Below are positions 7,816-11,341 of a stretch of 11,341 nt of DNA, piece after piece (within the stretch, counting starts at the first letter, position 1; every line of letters starts with the position of its first letter). The position numbers and the translations under genes were made by a program. The notes under the pieces are model-generated. The model was not told the origin of the DNA. It saw only the letters and a list, made by a program, of their open reading frames with translations, and ran no database searches. The stretch comes from Candidatus Micrarchaeota archaeon (GTDB lineage Archaea > Micrarchaeota > Micrarchaeia > Anstonellales > Bilamarchaeaceae): contig JBFMEZ010000020.1 in assembly GCA_040753215.1 (NCBI GenBank), positions 1-11,341 on the forward strand, written 5' to 3'.

Positions 7816-9098
7816 CTTGTAATAGTCCTTGGAAACGGTATCGCATCCCTTATATGGTTAAGCCCGAGCACCCATTTGACCAATCTCTCTATTCCCATCC
7901 CGAACCCTGAGTGCGGGACGCTCCCATACCTCCTCAAATCCACATACCACTTCATGTCCCCGTCCGGGTCCAATCCGAATTCCTTCATCCGCGCAACCAG
8001 CTCATTGTAATCCCAAATCCTCTCGCTTCCCCCGATAATCTCCCCGTGCCCCTCCGGCGCAAGCAAATCGTTGTTCAGCACATACCCCGGCTTCTCCGGG
8101 TCCTCCCTCATGTAGAATGCCTTTATCCCCTTCGGGAACTTCTCCACAAACAGGGGCTTCTCATACCCTTTTGTAAGTATCGCCTCCTCATCCGCCCCGA
8201 AATCCTGCCCGTTCTCCATCTTCCCGCCCAGCTTGTTCACCTGCTCCACCGCATCATCGTAGAGCATGCGGGGGAACGGCGCCTTCACCTTCTTCAATTT
8301 GCCCGCATCCCTTTCCATCTCCTCCAGCAGATCCGGGTGCTCCTTCACGAACTTCTGCACCGCATACGCAACAAGCTCCTCCTGCAATTTCATGTTCTGC
8401 TCGTGCGAATACCACACCATCTCCGGCTCAAGGTGCCAGTATTCCGCCAGGTGCCTCAGCGTCCTGCTCTTCTCCGCCCTGAAGGATGGCGCAAACGCAT
8501 AAACCTTCCCCAGCCCGAAAGCCATGACCTCGGCATAGAGCTGCCCGCTCTGCGTAAGGTATGCAGGCTCCCCGAAATAGTCCATCGCGAAAAGGGTGCT
8601 TCCGCCCTCGCACTGCGATTTTGTGATCACCGGCGGCACAATTTCATAGAATCCATCCCCATCCAGATACTCGCGCAGATAATTCACCAGATGGTGCCTC
8701 GCCTTCATCGCCGCGACCAGTTTCCTGCTCCGCAGCCAGAGGTGCCGCACATCCAGGAGGAATTCCTCGCTCAGGTCCTTGGAGATGGGAAACGGCTCCC
8801 CCCTCCACACAACCCGGAAATCCTCCGCCTGCAGCTCCCATCCTCCCGGCGCACGTTCATCCTTTTTTACCGTTCCCGCAATCTCCGCCGAGCTCTCTAT
8901 GTAAATCGCCGACGCATCCTTCCACGCCTTCTCCCCGGCCTTGTCCTTCTTTATCGCGCACTGTATCCTCCCGGTGCCGTCCCTCAGGATTATGAAATTC
9001 AGGTTCCCGCTGCTCCTCTGCCTGTGCACCCACCCCCTTATTGAGACCTTCTTCCCTTCCATCCCGCCTTTCAGTATCTTCTCAATATCCACGTACAT
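7803..9098 (-). CDS. asnS: Asparagine--tRNA ligase (431 aa from MYVDIEK...)
   Basis: OB-fold IRGWVHRQRSSG/FIILRDGTG, RHLWLRS, YLTQSGQLY, motif 2 FRAEKSRTLRHLAEYW, EIIGGSER, motif 3 YGSVPHSGFGMGIER. GGTGA SD (9108-9104) 5 nt before ATG 9098. Confidence 0.96.
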   Translation of the reverse strand: MYVDIEKILKGGMEGKKVSIRGWVHRQRSSGNLNFIILRDGTGRIQCAIKKDKAGEKAWKDASAIYIESSAEIAGTVKKDERAPGGWELQAEDFRVVWRGEPFPISKDLSEEFLLDVRHLWLRSRKLVAAMKARHHLVNYLREYLDGDGFYEIVPPVITKSQCEGGSTLFAMDYFGEPAYLTQSGQLYAEVMAFGLGKVYAFAPSFRAEKSRTLRHLAEYWHLEPEMVWYSHEQNMKLQEELVAYAVQKFVKEHPDLLEEMERDAGKLKKVKAPFPRMLYDDAVEQVNKLGGKMENGQDFGADEEAILTKGYEKPLFVEKFPKGIKAFYMREDPEKPGYVLNNDLLAPEGHGEIIGGSERIWDYNELVARMKEFGLDPDGDMKWYVDLRRYGSVPHSGFGMGIERLVKWVLGLNHIRDAIPFPRTITRCYP

Positions 9099-9101
9099 TC
9101 G

Positions 9102-9223
9102 GTTCACCGTTCCCAGTTTCCATATCGCTTCGCGATAACTCCATGTTGCCTCGGCAACAACTGGCGAAGTTCTGCGGAACTTCACCATGGCAGAATCTGC
9201 GGATTCCGCCATCCCGTTTCCAG
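9102..9223 (-). repeat. Intercistronic cassette of four abutting hairpins flanked by short direct repeats
   Basis: Inverted repeats at 9187-9212 (11 bp, CGCA loop), 9162-9187 (11 bp, CGCA loop), 9144-9159 (6 bp, CGAG loop) and 9123-9137 (6 bp, GAA loop). TGGAAAC at 9222-9216 and 9122-9116. Confidence 0.85.
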
Positions 9224-9224
9224 C

Positions 9225-10226
9225 TCACTCCATCCAGTCCTTCAGCCACCTGCTTACTGCAAAGGGCGCCTTCTTCAGGGCAGCCACGTCCCTGCTTCCC
9301 GTCAACATTGCGCAAATCTTCATCTGCTGCACCCATCCGGAGCACACTGCATCCAGCTTCTTGTCCTCGTAAGCAAGCAAGAATGGCCTCGAAGCCCCTG
9401 CAACCGAAGCCCCGAGCGCAATTGCCTTCGCCGCATCCACCCCATTCCGCACCCCCCCGCTCCCCACGAGCGCAAGCACGTCCTTGCACATAAGGATGGA
9501 GACCGCGGTGGGAATCCCCCACTCCTCAAATCCGGGAGGCATCCCTCCCCTCTCATACTCAACCTTGCTCCAGGAGGTGCCCCCGCTTCCCGCAACATCG
9601 AGCCATTTCACCCCCGCATCCCTCAGCCTCGCCGCGACCTCCCTGCTGATTCCCGCGCCGGTTTCCTTCACCATTACCGGCACATCCAGCGCATCGCATG
9701 CCTTCCCGATATTCTTCAAAACTCCGCGGAAATCCCTGTCACCCTCCGGCTGCACCATCTCCTGCAGCACATTCAGGTGAATCGCCAGCCCGTCCGCCTC
9801 GATTTTTGAGGCCAGCCCGGCAATCCTGTCCATCGGGTATTCCGCAAGCTGCGCGGCGCCTATGTTCCCTATTATGGGGATGGAGGGGGCCTCCTTCCTT
9901 ACCATGTAGCTCTTCTCGCTGCCGCCTTCAAGCATGGGCCTCTGGCTGCCCAGCCCCAGCGCAAACCCGTATTTCTCCGCAGCCCTCGCAAGCTCAAGGT
10001 TGATTTTGGCGCTCTCCACAACCCCTCCGGTCATCGCGGTAATCATGAGCGGGAATATCCTCTTCCCGAAGAATTCCGCCTCCAGCCTTATCTCATCAAA
10101 ATTGATTTCCGGAAGCGCATTGTGCAGGAACTCCATGCACTCGAAGCCCGCCTTCCTTGAATACTCCACGCCTTCATCCAGGCAGATTTCCAGATGGTCC
10201 CGCTTCCTCGCCCTTGTTTTGTCCAT
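9225..10226 (-). CDS. fni: Type 2 isopentenyl-diphosphate delta-isomerase (FMN-dependent IDI-2)
   Basis: RKRDHLEIC, AMTGG, LGSQR, GNIGAAQL, HLNVLQEMVQPEGD, KETGAG, GSGGTSW, SGGVRNGVD. Confidence 0.97.
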   Translation of the reverse strand: MDKTRARKRDHLEICLDEGVEYSRKAGFECMEFLHNALPEINFDEIRLEAEFFGKRIFPLMITAMTGGVVESAKINLELARAAEKYGFALGLGSQRPMLEGGSEKSYMVRKEAPSIPIIGNIGAAQLAEYPMDRIAGLASKIEADGLAIHLNVLQEMVQPEGDRDFRGVLKNIGKACDALDVPVMVKETGAGISREVAARLRDAGVKWLDVAGSGGTSWSKVEYERGGMPPGFEEWGIPTAVSILMCKDVLALVGSGGVRNGVDAAKAIALGASVAGASRPFLLAYEDKKLDAVCSGWVQQMKICAMLTGSRDVAALKKAPFAVSRWLKDWME

Positions 10227-10230
10227 ATGA

Positions 10231-11067
10231 TCACTTCTTCTTTCCCGCTTTCTTCGGGAATACTACGCTCGCATACCCCACAACACTCTCCCCGCCCCCT
10301 CCATATTCCCCCGAATTCGTATAATAAAGAAGCTCTCCCTGCCTGCATTTCATCCTCTTCGCGTACTCCAGCAGCGCGGTAACAGGGCCATACCCGCATA
10401 TGCTCCATCCGCGCTCCGAAACCCTCTTCTGGAAGCCTTCCGGGTCCATCCCGGTTATGAAGGATAGCGCGGACATGTCGTTCTTCTTCGCAACCTCGGG
10501 CGGCGCGTAATGCGAGAAATCCGAGCTCGCAATCACCACCACCTCCTTTTTGTATTCCGAAACCGCATCGAAAATGGCCTTCCCCAGGTCCAGGGACGCC
10601 TCTAGCCCCTGGTCCATCATGCATATGGGCACAATCCTTGCCCCCTGGTTCCGCATCTGTATGAAAGGGACCTGCACCTCCACGGAGTGCTCCATCACGT
10701 GCGCCCTCTCGTCAAAATCCAGGTATTTCGCGTGCCCCTGTATGAGCTTCCCAAGCTCCGTATCGTTCTTCACTTCCCCGAGCGGGGTTTCCCAGTCATC
10801 AAGGGAGAGCGAGAGCAGGCTCCCGCCCCCCGAATGGTTCGGCCCGATGACCACAACCGTGTGCGCATTCTCCATTTCCCTTATGCTCATGTACGTGGCC
10901 GCAGCAGCCACTCCCGAATACTGGTACCCGGCGTGCGGGCACACCCCACCGTATGCGCTCGTTTCCCTCGCATGCTGCTTCGCCCTGAGCATGCAGTCCG
11001 AAACCATCCTTTCCAGCGCATCCGCTTCCAGCGGGTAGAAATACCCTGCTACTGCTGCCGCCCTCAT
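10231..11067 (-). CDS. amrB: MEMO1 family protein (AmmeMemoRadiSam system protein B)
   Basis: AVAGYFYP, PHAGYQYSG, GPNH, WETPLGEV, EHSVEVQVPF, IASSDFSHY, ICGYGP, YYTNSG, VVGYA. Confidence 0.96.
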   Translation of the reverse strand: MRAAAVAGYFYPLEADALERMVSDCMLRAKQHARETSAYGGVCPHAGYQYSGVAAAATYMSIREMENAHTVVVIGPNHSGGGSLLSLSLDDWETPLGEVKNDTELGKLIQGHAKYLDFDERAHVMEHSVEVQVPFIQMRNQGARIVPICMMDQGLEASLDLGKAIFDAVSEYKKEVVVIASSDFSHYAPPEVAKKNDMSALSFITGMDPEGFQKRVSERGWSICGYGPVTALLEYAKRMKCRQGELLYYTNSGEYGGGGESVVGYASVVFPKKAGKKK

Positions 11068-11087
11068 GGTTGCACTTCTGAGAGTAA

Positions 11088-11099
11088 GGTTAAAAAACC
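11088..11099 (-). promoter_or_regulatory. Putative TATA box for the amrB-fni-asnS operon
   Basis: Minus strand GGTTTTTTAACC about 21-23 nt upstream of ATG 11067. Confidence 0.55.
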
Positions 11100-11133
11100 C
11101 GCAGCCCCGTTCAGGTGTTAGGCTGTTGCAAAT

Positions 11134-11341
11134 TTAAAGCCGATGCCCGTTAGCTGTTGTCACCAGGTCTTGCAGTTGTCTCCATGTCTTGCATGGTCTT
11201 CAGGTCTTGTGTGGCTTTCAGGACCCTCAGGACAACCCAAGACTTCACGCCGTGGAGGTTCACCAGACTCCAAGACCCCCAAGACTAGGAGACCACAGAG
11301 ATTATTAAAGCCGATGCCCATCAGTGGTTGTCTCCATGTCT
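11134..11341. repeat. Complex non-coding repeat array: 171-bp period with internal tandem and inverted GTCT/AGAC motifs; runs off the window
   Basis: 11134-11170 vs 11305-11341 match at 31/37 (first 15 nt TTAAAGCCGATGCCC identical). 19-bp tandem 11156-11174/11175-11193 (17/19). Imperfect inverted repeat 11175-11210 vs 11262-11296. Confidence 0.85.

Noticed and set aside
7911..9044. Long antisense ORFs (377 aa here; also 1073..1867, 3135..3959, 2557..3204, 7315..7812, 5336..5803 and others)
   Set aside because: Shadow frames of coding genes on the opposite strand; their biased composition (mostly Leu/Pro/His/Ser-rich) reflects codon bias and they carry no motifs.
9099..9212. 38-aa N-terminal extension of AsnRS (MAESADSA...) and the mirror ORF 9187..9372 (+)
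   Set aside because: Both are translations of the palindromic cassette (same peptide on both strands). AsnRS-like sequence begins at MYVDIEK, with an SD before ATG 9098.
9112..9215. tRNA, T-box or intrinsic terminator
   Set aside because: No acceptor stem, T-loop GTTCRA or 7-nt anticodon loop; no T-box AAGGTGGNACC motif; no U-tract after the hairpins.
11134..11341. CRISPR array
   Set aside because: Only two imperfect copies 171 bp apart, the intervening DNA is itself repetitive rather than unique spacers of about 35 nt, and no cas genes are in the window.
11143..11341. + strand ORF MPVSCCHQVLQLSP... open to the window end (period 171 nt = 57 codons)
   Set aside because: Internal repeats of 19 nt and 8-11 nt do not respect codon phase, the peptide is not protein-like, and an antisense frame is similarly open. 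It cannot be fully excluded without downstream sequence.

Overview
Archaeal chromosomal segment. The archaeal call rests on TATA boxes about 21-30 nt before leaderless first genes, GGTGA Shine-Dalgarno sites, type 2 IDI next to MEMO1, RibL and an archaeal-type AsnRS; a DPANN/Micrarchaeota-like origin is only an inference. The right half is a minus-strand operon: amrB (MEMO1) - fni - asnS - ribL - adenosine-specific kinase family - small hypothetical. The left half holds a divergent SAM methyltransferase, a COG2403 P-loop protein that is probably arginine synthetase (ArcE)-like, a 721-aa internally repeated helical protein, a probably disrupted ORF, an MFS transporter and an orphan. Two non-coding structures are not explained by the genes: (i) a cassette of about 110 bp with four abutting hairpins, flanked by short direct repeats, between fni and asnS; (ii) an array at the right edge with a 171-bp period, made of phased GTC(T) cores followed by inverted (A)GAC cores, resembling a multi-site protein-binding locus (origin- or centromere-like). 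No rRNA, tRNA, CRISPR or transposase was seen. All calls come from motif recognition by eye; no searches were run.
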